This document shows positions 13,801-27,110 of a stretch of 64,000 nucleotides of DNA, one piece after another. Within the stretch, counting starts at the first letter, position 1; every line of letters starts with the position of its first letter. The notes below the pieces were generated by a model. It ran no database searches. It was given only the letters and a program-made list of their open reading frames with translations, and was not told the origin of the DNA. This stretch comes from Octopus vulgaris (lineage: Eukaryota). The stretch spans positions 66,402,001-66,466,000 of the forward strand of contig OX597833.1 in assembly GCA_951406725.2 (NCBI GenBank). Direction: 5' to 3'. Position numbers and translations under genes: made by a program.

Positions 13801-14715
13801 CCTCCCACACTCACTCACTCAATAACTCCTTCACTCAATCTTTCACTCACTTCCTTTCTCACTCAGTCTCTCGTACACTCACTCAACCAACTCACACATT
13901 TACTTGCTCCCCCTACAAACACTGTCTCGATGACTTCCAAAGTTAAAGAAGTACCACATACCAGTGATGTATTGGGGGTGTGTACTTTAAACCAGTCATA
14001 ACCATCTCAACATATTTTTTATTGTCAATGCAAGAATTCATAAATTTCCAATTTTTTTCTTTGTTTCTTTGTTTCTTTGTTTGTTTGTTTCTTTCTTTCT
14101 TCCTTCCCTTCTTTCTTTCCTTCCTTCCTTCCTTCTTTCTTTCCTTCTTTCTTTCTTTCTTTCTTTCTTTCTTACTTTCTTTCTTCCATTCTATCTTTCT
14201 TTCCTTCTTTCTTTCTTTCTTTCTTTCTTTCTCTCTTTCATTCTATATTTATTTATTTATTTGTTTATTTATTTATTCAATTTTATTCAAACAATTAGTG
14301 ATCGGACACTCAACAAGGGCAACAACAAAAACAACAACAACAACAACAACAACAACTGGCGCACCAAAATTAAATTTCATATTCTGCTGTTGTTATAGAA
14401 TTTATGAAATGGAAGCCATAACGACCATTCTTCTTTCGATTTATGATTTGACCAAGAATAGAATCAACGGCGATTTATGCCGACATCAGCAGAAAGATCT
14501 GAAGACAGACACCGTAGCAAAGAGCATACTAAATTTCCATCACCAGGATCGCCCTACTGACCTTTCTACCCCCTCCACCCTTTTCCTACCCCTTTCTTCT
14601 TCTTCTTCTTCTTCTTCTTCTTCTTTGCACCACCTCTTCCCACTTTACATAATCGCAGTAATCTTTAAGACTATCAGCATCGGCATCATCATCATCGACA
14701 TCATCATCATCATCG

Positions 14716-14771
<56 letters not shown>

Positions 14772-15442
14772 GACATCGGCATCGGCATCATCATCATCAT
14801 CATCATCATCATCACAATTGTCATCAGCATCCTGGCCATCCTTCTCTTCCTCCGCCTCCTCATCGTTATCATCATCATTATCATCACTATCATCATCATC
14901 ATCATCATCATCATCATCGTTATCATTATCATCGTCATCGTCGTCGCCGTCGTCATCATCATCATCATCATCATCATTTTCCTCCTCATCAACACCACCA
15001 CAGTCCTCATTATTATAATCACTATCATCTCCGTCATGATAATCATCACCGTAAGAAAAGCATTTAAAATTAGAATCTTCAAGAGAAAAAAATAATGAAA
15101 GAAAAGAAATTTTGTTCTCAGCAGAAAAAGAATTGAAACAAAACAAAACCAAAATCGTAGCTTTAATTGAAATGGAATCTGGTTTGCCATATCTGAACGT
15201 GAAACCTGCACGTGAAATCTGAAACCGATATCTGGAATAATTAAAAACTCCCTGAAGTTAATTTTTAAACAATCATCTACAGAAAGTTCATCAATCTGTC
15301 CATCCATCCATCCATCCATCCATCCATCCATCACTCCGTCCAATCGTCTGTCCGTCCGTCCATCTGTCCATTCATCCATCCATCCATCCATCCATCCATC
15401 CCTCATCCATCCATCCATCCGTCCGTCCGCCCATGCATGCAT

Positions 15443-15538
<96 letters not shown>

Positions 15539-16327
15539 CCTAGTATATATATATATAATTTTATTTGCTAGTATGGCTGTATAAAAACAAGGTAAGAGTT
15601 TTCATTATCATTCTTTTCGAAATTGCTCTTAAATGTGGTTTTGGTCGTTTTGACTGCTACTTCTAGCATGTAAGGCTGCCTGTTAAGGGTCGCTTCTCTT
15701 GTGTTTAATTGTACACAAATTTTATACATACATATATATATATATATACATATATATTTATGTATATATCTATATCTATATCTATGTGTGTGTTTATATA
15801 TATATATATATATATATATGTTGAGATAGAGTAAGAGATAGATAGATAGATGTTTATATATATTATATGGGTAGTAGGGCAAATCCCGGCTGTTTTTTTC
15901 CCTTGAAACACATCTGCTTTATTCCATTATTACAATCAATATGTATCGATAGGTACTGTTGTATGTTAATCAAAATACATACTAAAATTGATAATTGTGG
16001 AAATATTATTTGAAGAGTTATGGAATTACAAAACAGAAACATGGAAATTATCTGTTATTATTTACCCTCCATTACACGTGTTTCGTTTGCTGATAAGAAC
16101 TACAAAGACATGTAAAGTATTTCGTTTTTGAATTTTGTCAGAGGAAGTTTTTTTAAAAATAGAAAAGCCTGAGGTTTGTAGTTCAATGAGTTTGTGGCAT
16201 TCAATTGCTCTAAAATTCTGCTATCAGCAATACCAAAGAGTGTGAATGGTCTTGCATAAACCGTTATCACTGATAACAAATCGTTTGCTTGAGATATCTA
16301 ACAACTTTAATACTGATCACCTATCGA

Positions 16328-16361
<34 letters not shown>

Positions 16362-16362
<1 letters not shown>

Positions 16363-16543
16363 CTTGATCGTTTGCCACTAAACCTTTTTCTATTTTCTCT
16401 CCCTGTTTATTTCTGTGTTCCTTTCTGTCGAAGTGCGTCGGCTCGAAACGTAAAAGAGTTTTTCACTTCCTGAGCATTATACTAATACATCTGTTTGTTG
16501 TCTACACAACCCGTTTTCGTCTTTTGTTTCTTTTTGTAAATTC

Positions 16544-16550
<7 letters not shown>
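16362..16550 (+). mobile_element. PLE pLTR-like repeat (family H3) with HHR-like motif at 16421-16456
   Basis: CTTT-CTGTCGA-A-GTGC-GTCG-GCTC-GAAAC-GTA-AAAG; 3' end runs directly into (TA)n. Confidence 0.75.
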
Positions 16551-16624
<74 letters not shown>

Positions 16625-16627
16625 TAT

Positions 16628-16835
16628 GTAGTGAGAATTTACAGAAAATAAAAGATGAAGACAGGGGAAAGGACAAGTAAGTGTATCAGTTAAACGCTCG
16701 GAAAGAACGGAAAAGTCTGATGTTTCGAGCGTACCCTCTTCGACAGAAAGGACTGAGAGGGGTAGAAAAATAGAGAGAGAGATCGAAAAAGCGAAAAAAA
16801 AGAGAGAGAGAGAGAGAAAAAATTGTGTGGGATTA
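16628..16835 (-). mobile_element. PLE pLTR-like repeat (family H3), inverted partner across the TA tract; degenerate HHR at 16716-16750
   Basis: Minus: CTTTCTGTCGAAGAGGGTACGCTCGAAACATCAGAC; its 3' end (GTAAATTCTCACTA) matches that of the plus copy. Confidence 0.7.
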
Positions 16836-17249
16836 ACGGTTCAACATGATGAAATGACCGGAAGAAAGAGGCCGAGTGAAAGGGAGATAATAATGATAAT
16901 AATGGTGACTCGGTTGAACAAAGGTGTGCAAGCGCGTTTGTGTATGTAAGAAGGGTGTATGTGTGAATAGGGACGAGCGTGTGTGAATGTGCGTGTAGGC
17001 GAGCTTAAAATTATGTGGACCTCTGCGTGTGTATGTGTATAAGTAACCTAGTACGTACACTATATCGAGTAATGTACGTTCCCTGTATTTATGTAAGTGT
17101 GTGTGTGACTATGGACGTGTGTAATGTGTGTGAGGCTATCCTCTGTGTGTATGTGTGTGCGTGCATGTGCAAACGCTTGGGCCTTATATACATATTGTTA
17201 TTTGTATGTGCCTGTATGTGTGTGTATATATATATATATATAAACACAT

Positions 17250-17417
17250 AAATGTGAAACAAGGTGGAAAAAGGTACTCAAATACCAGTGGTAGAGTAAT
17301 ATGCTTTATTTTAAGCAGCAGAAAATAACAAAATATAGTTTCTCGTTGCCGTTCATCAGATGAACGGCAACGAGAAACTCAGAGTAACAGATTTTGTTGA
17401 ATTTTCTGCTGCTTAAA

Positions 17418-17422
<5 letters not shown>
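17250..17422. mobile_element. PLE pLTR-like foldback (family H2) whose palindrome centre lies in the HHR core
   Basis: Perfect 21-bp arms at 17337-17357 and 17359-17379, with outer arms to 17305/17422. Motif (C)TGATGA-A-CG-GCAA-CG-A-GAAA-CTC-A-GAG-TA-ACAG. Confidence 0.75.
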
Positions 17423-17465
<43 letters not shown>

Positions 17466-17578
17466 TAGTGGTACAACAAAGCCCCAATGATTACTGGAAA
17501 TAGCAGTCGATAAATTTACGACGCTATAGTAAAGCTTCACTGTGTGTACACACACACATACACACACATACACACATA

Positions 17579-17667
<89 letters not shown>

Positions 17668-18011
17668 TTATATATATACACACACACACGTATATGGAAT
17701 TAAGTAGGATCGAATGTGAAGGAATAAATTTAATGAAACTGTGTTAGTGTGGAATGGCTTCATTCTCTACAAGGCAGACAATTCTTCATTCTTAGAAATG
17801 AAGCGGCAGGAAATACAAACAATTAAAGAGGTTAAAAGAAGCAAAACCAAAAAAACAAAACACAATAATAATAATAATAATAACATTCACTAAACAAAAA
17901 TAATAAACAATAACAAAAATCGAAAAAACAAAAACAACATATTAAACAACCGACTCACTTGAGATTTCAACAACACCCAAGTCATCATTTTTAATTTATA
18001 AAAAAATAAAC

Positions 18012-18013
18012 TA

Positions 18014-18087
<74 letters not shown>

Positions 18088-18121
18088 TTTTATTGTTGTT
18101 GTTGTTATTAATATTATTATG

Positions 18122-18169
<48 letters not shown>

Positions 18170-18322
18170 GTTGTTGTTGTTGTTATTAATAATATTATTA
18201 TTATTACTATTATTATTGTTATTGTTATTAATATTATTATTGTTATTGTTATTATTATTATTATTGTTGTTGTTGTTGTTGTTGTTATATTATTATTGTT
18301 ATTGTTATTGTTATTATTATTA

Positions 18323-18354
<32 letters not shown>

Positions 18355-18427
18355 GTTATTGTTATTATTAATATTATTATTATTATTTATATTTTTATTA
18401 CTATTATTATTTATTACCATCATTATT

Positions 18428-18501
<74 letters not shown>

Positions 18502-18520
18502 AATCATCATCATCATCATC
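18012..18520. repeat. Compound (ATT)n/(GTT)n/(CAT)n microsatellite
   Basis: Directly visible. Confidence 0.95.
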
Positions 18521-18629
18521 GTTGTTGTTGTTTTTCTTGTTCCTTTCCATACGATGTTATGTAACCATTACCGAATTACACAACTTAATTAGTCGTATAA
18601 CAAAACCAAAAATTATTATAACAAATAAT

Positions 18630-18716
18630 TCCGACAGGTTAATGATAAACTGCGACGAAAGGTTAATGATTAACTGTGACGAAAGGTTAATGATGAATTG
18701 TGATGAAAGGTTAATG
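18630..18716. repeat. 24-bp tandem repeat, ~3.5 copies
   Basis: Unit approximately GACGAAAGGTTAATGATTAACTGT. Confidence 0.85.
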
Positions 18717-18935
18717 GCTGCAATATTAATCATCATGGATGTAGTTTTAGTAGGCGTCACGGTTGACACGTCTCGCTTTCGCTGTGTCGCCTTCTTTTAT
18801 ATTCTGGTAATAAAGCAGAATCGTAAACATAACGAAAATATGACAGAGATTTCAGACACTTGTGAACTAGTAGTAAATTATAGTGTGTGTGTGTGTGTGT
18901 ATATTTATGTGTGTGTGTGTGTGTGTGTGTATATT

Positions 18936-19009
<74 letters not shown>

Positions 19010-19211
19010 TGTGCATATTTTTTTTCGAGCCCTGGGAATGATACTGTCCTCCATCACTGCTTGGCAATCCGTGTTGGAGTGTGTTTACGTTCTGTAAATT
19101 AGCGGTTCAGCAAACAGCCCCCGACAAAGGAAGTACCTGGCTTAAAAAAACAGAACTGGGGCCGAGGCCCAATTATATAAGCATAAGATATATATATATA
19201 TATATATATAT

Positions 19212-19364
<153 letters not shown>

Positions 19365-19446
19365 TTTATTTATTTATTATTTATAATTTTATATACATAT
19401 AGTCAGTACCTTAAAGAAAAACCTTCTTTAGGTAAATTAAACAAAT

Positions 19447-19794
19447 TATTCTATAATTATATACATAATTATAATCAGGGGTCAGCTAAGTGTCTTGCCA
19501 CGTACTGAATTAGAAATAGATGCTAATTAGAAATAGATGCTAATGTCTTTTCAACTACCATAAAAATCTCCGATCAATAACACACTTTTTTATGTAGGTA
19601 AAAAGAAAACTGATGAATCCATACGACAAAAAATAAGTGTGTTATTGTCTCGGAGATTTTTATGGTAGTTGAAAACATTAGCATCTATTTCTAATTGTTA
19701 TTTCATTAGCATCTATTTCTAATTCAGTACGTGGCGAATCCACTTAGCTGACCTCTGATTATAATTATATAATTATGTATATAATTATAGAATA
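19447..19794. repeat. Long imperfect inverted repeat (~150-bp arms)
   Basis: TATAATCAGGGGTCAGCTAAGTG..GCCACGTACTGAATTAGAAATAGATGCTAAT..CAACTACCATAAAAATCTCCGA is mirrored on the right. Confidence 0.9.
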
Positions 19795-19849
19795 TTTTAC
19801 ACACACACACACGTATATTTTAGAAGGTTTGGAGATGATGTACAGGTAT

Positions 19850-19917
19850 TATATATTAGAAGAAATGAGGTACTCAGAAATCCGGATTTCTGAGTACCTC
19901 ATTTCTTCTAATATATA
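19850..19917. repeat. Perfect 68-bp palindrome
   Basis: TATATATTAGAAGAAATGAGGTACTCAGAAATCC|GGATTTCTGAGTACCTCATTTCTTCTAATATATA. Confidence 0.95.
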
Positions 19918-19921
19918 TACA

Positions 19922-20130
19922 TACGAGGTGGTATCGAGAGGTTCCCAGACTAGTTATGTTTAATAAAAAAAAAACTTATTTACCTAAGTTTTAAAATAAT
20001 TTCCTTCGAAATAGTCCCCTTGCGGAGCAATACACCGATCCTAGCGTCCCTGCCAATTTTAGTGTGTGGAAGACCGATACCATGTTGCTTTTGGCGAGAA
20101 GTTCTCGAGTGAGGAGAGCTTGGTAAAGAA
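19922..20130 (-). mobile_element. Mariner-type transposon 3' end relic
   Basis: Terminus TA-CGAGG; minus translation WQGR*DRCIAPQGDYFEG matches the mariner C-terminal motif W..RW..CI...GDYFE. Confidence 0.75.
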
Positions 20131-20239
20131 TTCATTCTTCTTCTTCTTCTTCTTCTTCTTCTTCTTCTTCTTCTTCTTCTTCTTCTTCTTCTTCTTCTTC
20201 TTCTTCTTCTTCTTCTTCTTCTTCTTCTTCTTCCAATCA

Positions 20240-20400
20240 GTGGTGAAAGAGTACAGCGGAGTTCACCTCCACCCGCCGGAGCCTCGGGGAGCTTAGGTGT
20301 TTTTTGCTCAATAAACACTCACAATGCCCGGTCTGGGAATAGAAACCGCGTTCTTACGACCGCCAGTCCGCTGCCCTAACCACTGGGCCATTACGCCTCT
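20240..20400 (-). mobile_element. tRNA-head SINE, family D (5' part)
   Basis: Minus: GGCGTAATGGCCCAGTGGTTAGGGCAGCGGACT...GGTTTCTATTCCC...GTGAGTGTTTATTGAGC; homologous to 54877. Confidence 0.75.
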
Positions 20401-21020
20401 ACTGCTGATGCTATTGGTCTGTCGTACGGGTCCGTGGAGCTGTCGTCGTCGTAGTTGTTGTAGTAGCAGCAGCAGTAGTAGTAGTAGCAGTGATAAAAGA
20501 CTTCAAAGTTCACGAATTTGTGGCCCCGAAGACAATGTTTGCAATCTTTACAGGCAGAAGCACTTGTTGCTTCTCCGTTATTAAACAAAACTGCTCTCAA
20601 AGCTGTGACGTGGCACAATCGTTAGAGCGTCGGAAATATTTGCTTTGCCATATTTATTCCAGTTCAAATGACTTCAAGCTTATCGTCTTCGCCTTTCATA
20701 TTTTCGGGATCGTGCAAAACAAAGCAGCACAAAGCACCTGTCACGTACTTGGAAGTCGATGATGTGAACTTCGCCGTACCTTCTCTACCCTCAAAAATTG
20801 ATGGTTTTGTACCTAAATCAAAATCTATTAACGTAAACTTTCTTTAGTTCATATCAGATAAGAGTCACGTTTTTTTTTTTATGGGAGGCCCGGCGGGGGG
20901 AATTGAGAATGCGTAGGAGAGAAGTTTTCTTCTAGATATCAATTTCTTCATAAATACAAGAATATTGAAATATATTATATAATAATGAAAACTATATACA
21001 TACATACATACATACATACA

Positions 21021-21133
<113 letters not shown>

Positions 21134-21375
21134 GTATATATACACACACACAAATATATGAAATGTCATGTATGTGTATATATATTATGTGAAATTTTCT
21201 TCTAGATATCCATTTATAATACAAGAGTAGTCAAATATATCATATAATAATCAAATTTATATATATTTATGTCATATATATATATATATATATAGATGTG
21301 GATGCATATATATATCTATGTATATATATGTGTATGTATATACATATTGTCATATACATATGTATAGATATATAG

Positions 21376-21432
<57 letters not shown>

Positions 21433-21755
21433 AAGTCATGTATGGTCACAAATACAATATACATATGTGCGTATATATATGTATGTGTAAATATATATAT
21501 ACAAATGTATCTATGTATGCTTGTATGCTTGCATGTACGTACGTACGCATGAATGTATGTATGTATGAAGCACCTATTACTTATTCAGACTTTCCTCTAA
21601 ACACATCGACAAATACTTTCGCAAACGTCACGCGAGGTAAACTTCCACAAAAATATTTACTAATAGATTTCGGGCTGTTCTCTTCTCCCGACGTCACGGA
21701 TTATTTTACTGCAATATACTTGATTGTTCATGCTGAGAAATTGAGAAATTGGGTG

Positions 21756-21791
<36 letters not shown>

Positions 21792-21813
21792 TGTATGTAT
21801 GTATGTATGTATG

Positions 21814-21904
<91 letters not shown>

Positions 21905-21926
21905 GTATATATATATATATGTATAT

Positions 21927-21977
<51 letters not shown>

Positions 21978-22075
21978 TAAAATAAATTATATTGCATGGG
22001 TACACACATACAATGGTCATCTGTATAAACATACACACACATATATGTATATATATGTATATGTGTGTATATATA

Positions 22076-22154
<79 letters not shown>

Positions 22155-22794
22155 ATATATATATTTATATATATATATAAACATATATATATGCATATAT
22201 ACGTATATATATATATGTATATATTTATATCTGTCTATCTTTCTATCTACATATATCCTACACACACACACACACATATACATATACATATATACGGGAC
22301 CAACAAAAAAATGTGAAATGTAGTTATTTAATGTGTGGATACACATACAGAGACACAAACTCAGACATGTGTATGTATATACATATATATAAGAATTCTA
22401 TATACTTCTATGTACAATAGACTATCACAGTCTGTTTACGCAGCGATGCTGTATGTTTATTGTACACAGATAGGAAATAAACATATATACAAGCTACACA
22501 CACAGACACACACACATTCTGTGTCTCTTTTCCTCTCCTCTCTCTCTCCTTTCTCTCTCGCTCTTTCTACGTTGCTTACCAAACAGTAAACTCAGAAATA
22601 GCAATGAATAACCAAATTTACTTTCGTTCCTTCTATAAATCTTGCAATTTCTTCCACTGGTCGCTCTCTGTTTCACACACATTTACAGACACATACGCAG
22701 CTACATATACACAGACACATACACACACCCACACACACTCACACACTCGCACACATTCACACCCGCGCACACACACCCACACGCAAATGTGGAC

Positions 22795-23070
22795 TGTGCC
22801 CATAATGGGGCACCGTTGTAAAGTGTTTTAGTCGAGCAAACCGACCCCAGAATTAATATCTGGGTACAGAGACGTTAACAAACCAGTAACGGTCGGTGGG
22901 GTAGAAATACAAACACAAGCACAAAGACATACACATAGACTCACACGCACACATATGTAGGATGGGATTCACTTAGTTTCCATCTGCCAAATCGACTCAC
23001 TAGGCCTTGGTCGACCCAGCACTACAACAAAAGAATTTTGATCAAAGTGCCGCACAGTGGGACCGAGCCC
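22795..23070 (-). mobile_element. Degenerate SINE family A
   Basis: GGGGCACCG..AGTCGAGC..; AGTTTCCATCTGCCAAATCGACTCACTAGGCCTTGGTCGACCC. Confidence 0.65.
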
Positions 23071-23199
23071 CGTTCCCTACAGAAAATTACTTTCTGTCTG
23101 GGCCCTTAATTGTTTTTCACAAGCATCGGAGCATAATATAGTCCTCACGACCGCAGGTTCGTAAGACGGTTGTGATCTATAAAACAGTTTTGAGTAGAA

Positions 23200-23410
23200 C
23201 TGGAAAAAAGAATTATGAACGCGTAATGCGCATGTGCACTCTGAATTTATAAAACGGAAGAGAAGAGTAAAAACGCAATGAGCATGTCAAAATAAAGCTG
23301 AAGAGAAGAATAAGAACGCAATGCGCATGTCAAAACTAAAACTGAAGAATAGAATAGAAACACCGTGCGCATGTCAAAACGGTAGAGATGAATAAAAACG
23401 CTATGTCCAA
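23200..23410. repeat. Degenerate 43-52-bp tandem repeat carrying TGCGCATGTC
   Basis: Motif at ~23227, 23279, 23322 and 23366. Confidence 0.75.
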
Positions 23411-23554
23411 CGATGCGAGCCACATGTGACACCACTACTCCCCAGCTTTGCTGTGTGAGTGTGCGCGCGCGCGCATGTGTTAAAGTCGACGATGGACTAG
23501 CTAGCCACTACTTCGAAGTGACTATCAACAGCATTTTTGCTTAAGAAATCTATG

Positions 23555-23977
<423 letters not shown>

Positions 23978-24006
23978 GTATGTATGTGTGTGTGTGTGTG
24001 TGTGTG

Positions 24007-24226
24007 AGGCGGTGATCTGGCAGAAACGTTAGCACGCCGGGCGAAATGCGTAGCCGTATTTCGTCTGAGTTCAAATTCCGCCGCGGTCGACTTTGCCTTT
24101 CATCCTTTCGGGGTCGATAAATTAAGTACCAGTTACGCACTGGGGTCGATGTAATCGACTTAATCCCTTTGTCTGTCCTTGTTTGTTGCCTCTGTGTTTA
24201 ACCCCTTGTGGGTAGTAAAGAAATAT
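24007..24226 (+). mobile_element. tRNA-head SINE, family B
   Basis: GGCGGTGATCTGGCAGAAACGTTAGCACGCCGGGCG...GAGTTCAAATTCCGCC...GGGTAGTAAAGAAATA. Confidence 0.88.
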
Positions 24227-25150
24227 CTTTATGTATGTGCGTGTATGCATGTATGTATGTATGTGCGTGTGTAAATGCATGTGTGTGCATGTGTATATGT
24301 GTGTGCGTGGATGTATGTGTGTCCGTGTATGTGCGTGTGTATATGCGTGTGTTTGTATGTGCGTGTGTGTGTTGTGTTTGTAGACGCATGCATGTATGTG
24401 CATGTATGTGCGTGTGTATGTGCGTGTCAGCATGTACGTGCATGTGTATATGTGTGTGTGTGCGTGTATATGTGTCCGTGTACGTGCGTGTGTATGTGTG
24501 TGTGCGCGTGTGTGTGTGTGTGAGGTTGGTGGGTGGGTGTTGGGTGTTCAGGAATATATCTCGTGAACCCTTTTCTTCCATTCTGGAGAGTTTCCAACAG
24601 GAAATTGTAAAACATTCGCAAAAACCCCCTAATATATTGAAAATATAATCAATAAGAGGACAAAGAAATATCTACCTCTAGCCATGCCATTCCCATCGAC
24701 ACCACTGACATCAACACCAAGGATACCGTTATTAATAGTAGTATCAACAACCTCATCAATACTCCGACCATCACCATGAACCATCTCACTATCAACACCC
24801 CACCAGCACCACCGTTGCCCCCAACACCAGCAGAAGAAGCAATATCACCACCACCATCACAACCACCACCACCACCACCACCACCACCGCCTCCACCACC
24901 GCCGCGGCTACCAAATCCCCACCACCAGCACCACTAGCACCACCACCACCACCACCACCACCACCACCACCACCACCACTACCATCACCACCACCACCAC
25001 CAGCTTCACCTCACCACCACCAGTATCACCTCCACTACCACCAACTCCACTGCGGCTATCAAATCACCACCACCACCACACCACCACCACCACCACCACC
25101 ATCACTACCTCCACCACCACCGCGGCTACCAAATCCCTACCAGCAGCAGT

Positions 25151-25181
<31 letters not shown>

Positions 25182-26477
25182 CCACCACCACCACCACCAC
25201 CACCACCACTCTACCCCCACCACACCACCGCTACCGCCAACTCCGCCTGATGCTCAGTTCAATGGAGTATACGTCCATTTATCGCTTAGTGCTCCCTGCC
25301 AACTCTTCTGCCAAGGGTATAGAGAAAGTTTCCCTGTTGTTTGTTTGTCTTCTCTCGACTAAATTCATCGGCTCAGGTGGCCGTGCATTTCTCCGTAGAC
25401 CCCCATCGATATTTTTCCTTCTGTTTTGGTGTTGGTTCGCTAATAGTAAATTTCGCCGCAAACATTTTTGCCGCGTGAAAATTTGCCGTAAAAAAATAAA
25501 TTGCAGAAAAAAAAAACATAACAAGAAAAGAAAAAAAGAAAAAGAAAAGACATTTGCTGTTTTCTTTAAAATAGCAACTTCACCAACTAATCTACCAATT
25601 AGAGAAGGGTAATTGGTTTAGAATGAGTTATCTAGTTTACTGTCTGCCATAATCATCGCACTCACCGCCAACACGGCAACTACCATCACTGAAATGACAA
25701 TTACCACCACCACCACCACCACCACCACCACCACCATCAATGACCCCCTCCCACCACCACTACTCCCACCACCACCACCAATAAATACGTCACTTAATTA
25801 TCCTGAAGCATGTATACTCCATTGAACGAAGCAAGGTGTATAACAGGCGAGATTGGTCTGTTTCCTCTTCAAGAATGAGGCGTGGATACTGGTGATTTGG
25901 CAACCGCGGTGGTGGTGGTGTTGGAGGTGGTAGTGATGGCAACGGTGGTGGTCGTGGTGGTAATCTTCTTTACGGTAAAATTTCCCACGGTGAAAATGTC
26001 TACGGCGAATTTTCCAAAAGCTCATATCCAAAAGCTCCTTATGACTCGCAACACTTGCAAAAGAAGACGAATTTGTTTTGCAGTTCGTACAGCTTATCCT
26101 GTGTGTTTCCCCATTATTTTTATTGTATTTTCCATTGTGTGTATGATTGAAACTCAGTTTAATTCTGACACAATTGTTGGTCAAAATCTATTTTTACCCT
26201 TAGGTGTTAGTGAAGCTACTGCCATCAAAACGGCAGCAAGTACGCGAACCCCTCCTGCTAATTCTAATGATACGCAGGTAAACATAGAGGAAATACAATT
26301 ACCAAAACAAAAACAAAAATAAAAAGAAACATAACAATGTTTTCCAGAAATATTTCTACTTATTTCAGAGTTAATATTCTGGGCATTTAAATATTCCGGA
26401 CTTCTTCGGAAAACGATCCCACGTCGTCAAAACAGTTTTTTCAATCCCAAATAATCTTGCGATTTTCTTCGGCGCAA

Positions 26478-26832
26478 TAATGATCATGAGGATGATAATG
26501 ATGCTGCTGCTGCTGATGGTGTTGATGATGATGATGATCGTGGTGTCGGGGATGACGATGATGATGACGAAAATGGCTATGAAGATAACGACAATAAAGA
26601 AGGCAACGACAACGACGACGACGATGATAATAATAATAATGGTGATGATGATGATAGTGATGATGATGACAATGATGATGATGATGATGAAGTTGTTGTT
26701 GGTGGTGGTGGTGGTGATGATGAAAATGATGGTGATGATGATGATGATGATGATAATGATTGTGATGATGATGATGATGATGATGATGACAGTGATGATG
26801 ACAGTGATGGTGATGATGATGATGATGATGGC

Positions 26833-26872
<40 letters not shown>

Positions 26873-26914
26873 GTTATGATGATGATGTTGATGATGATGA
26901 TGATGATGGCGATG

Positions 26915-26945
<31 letters not shown>

Positions 26946-27110
26946 CAATGATGACGACGATGATGATGATGATGAAGATGATGATGATGATGATGGCGAT
27001 GATGATCAAGATGATGATGATGGTAATGATGATGATAGTGATGATGATGTTGATGATGTTCATGGTGAAGGCTATGACAATGATGATGATGATGATGATG
27101 ACGATGATTA
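26478..27110. repeat. (GAT)n microsatellite, ~630 bp
   Basis: Directly visible. Confidence 0.95.

Noticed and set aside
19610-19680. CTGATGA near the palindrome centre as a hammerhead
   Set aside because: No stem II-GAAA-stem III-NUH arrangement follows.
25279-25425. Possible host exon (RRKNIDGGLRRNARPPEPMNL...) on the minus strand
   Set aside because: No recognisable homology and a weak splice acceptor; needs RNA-seq.
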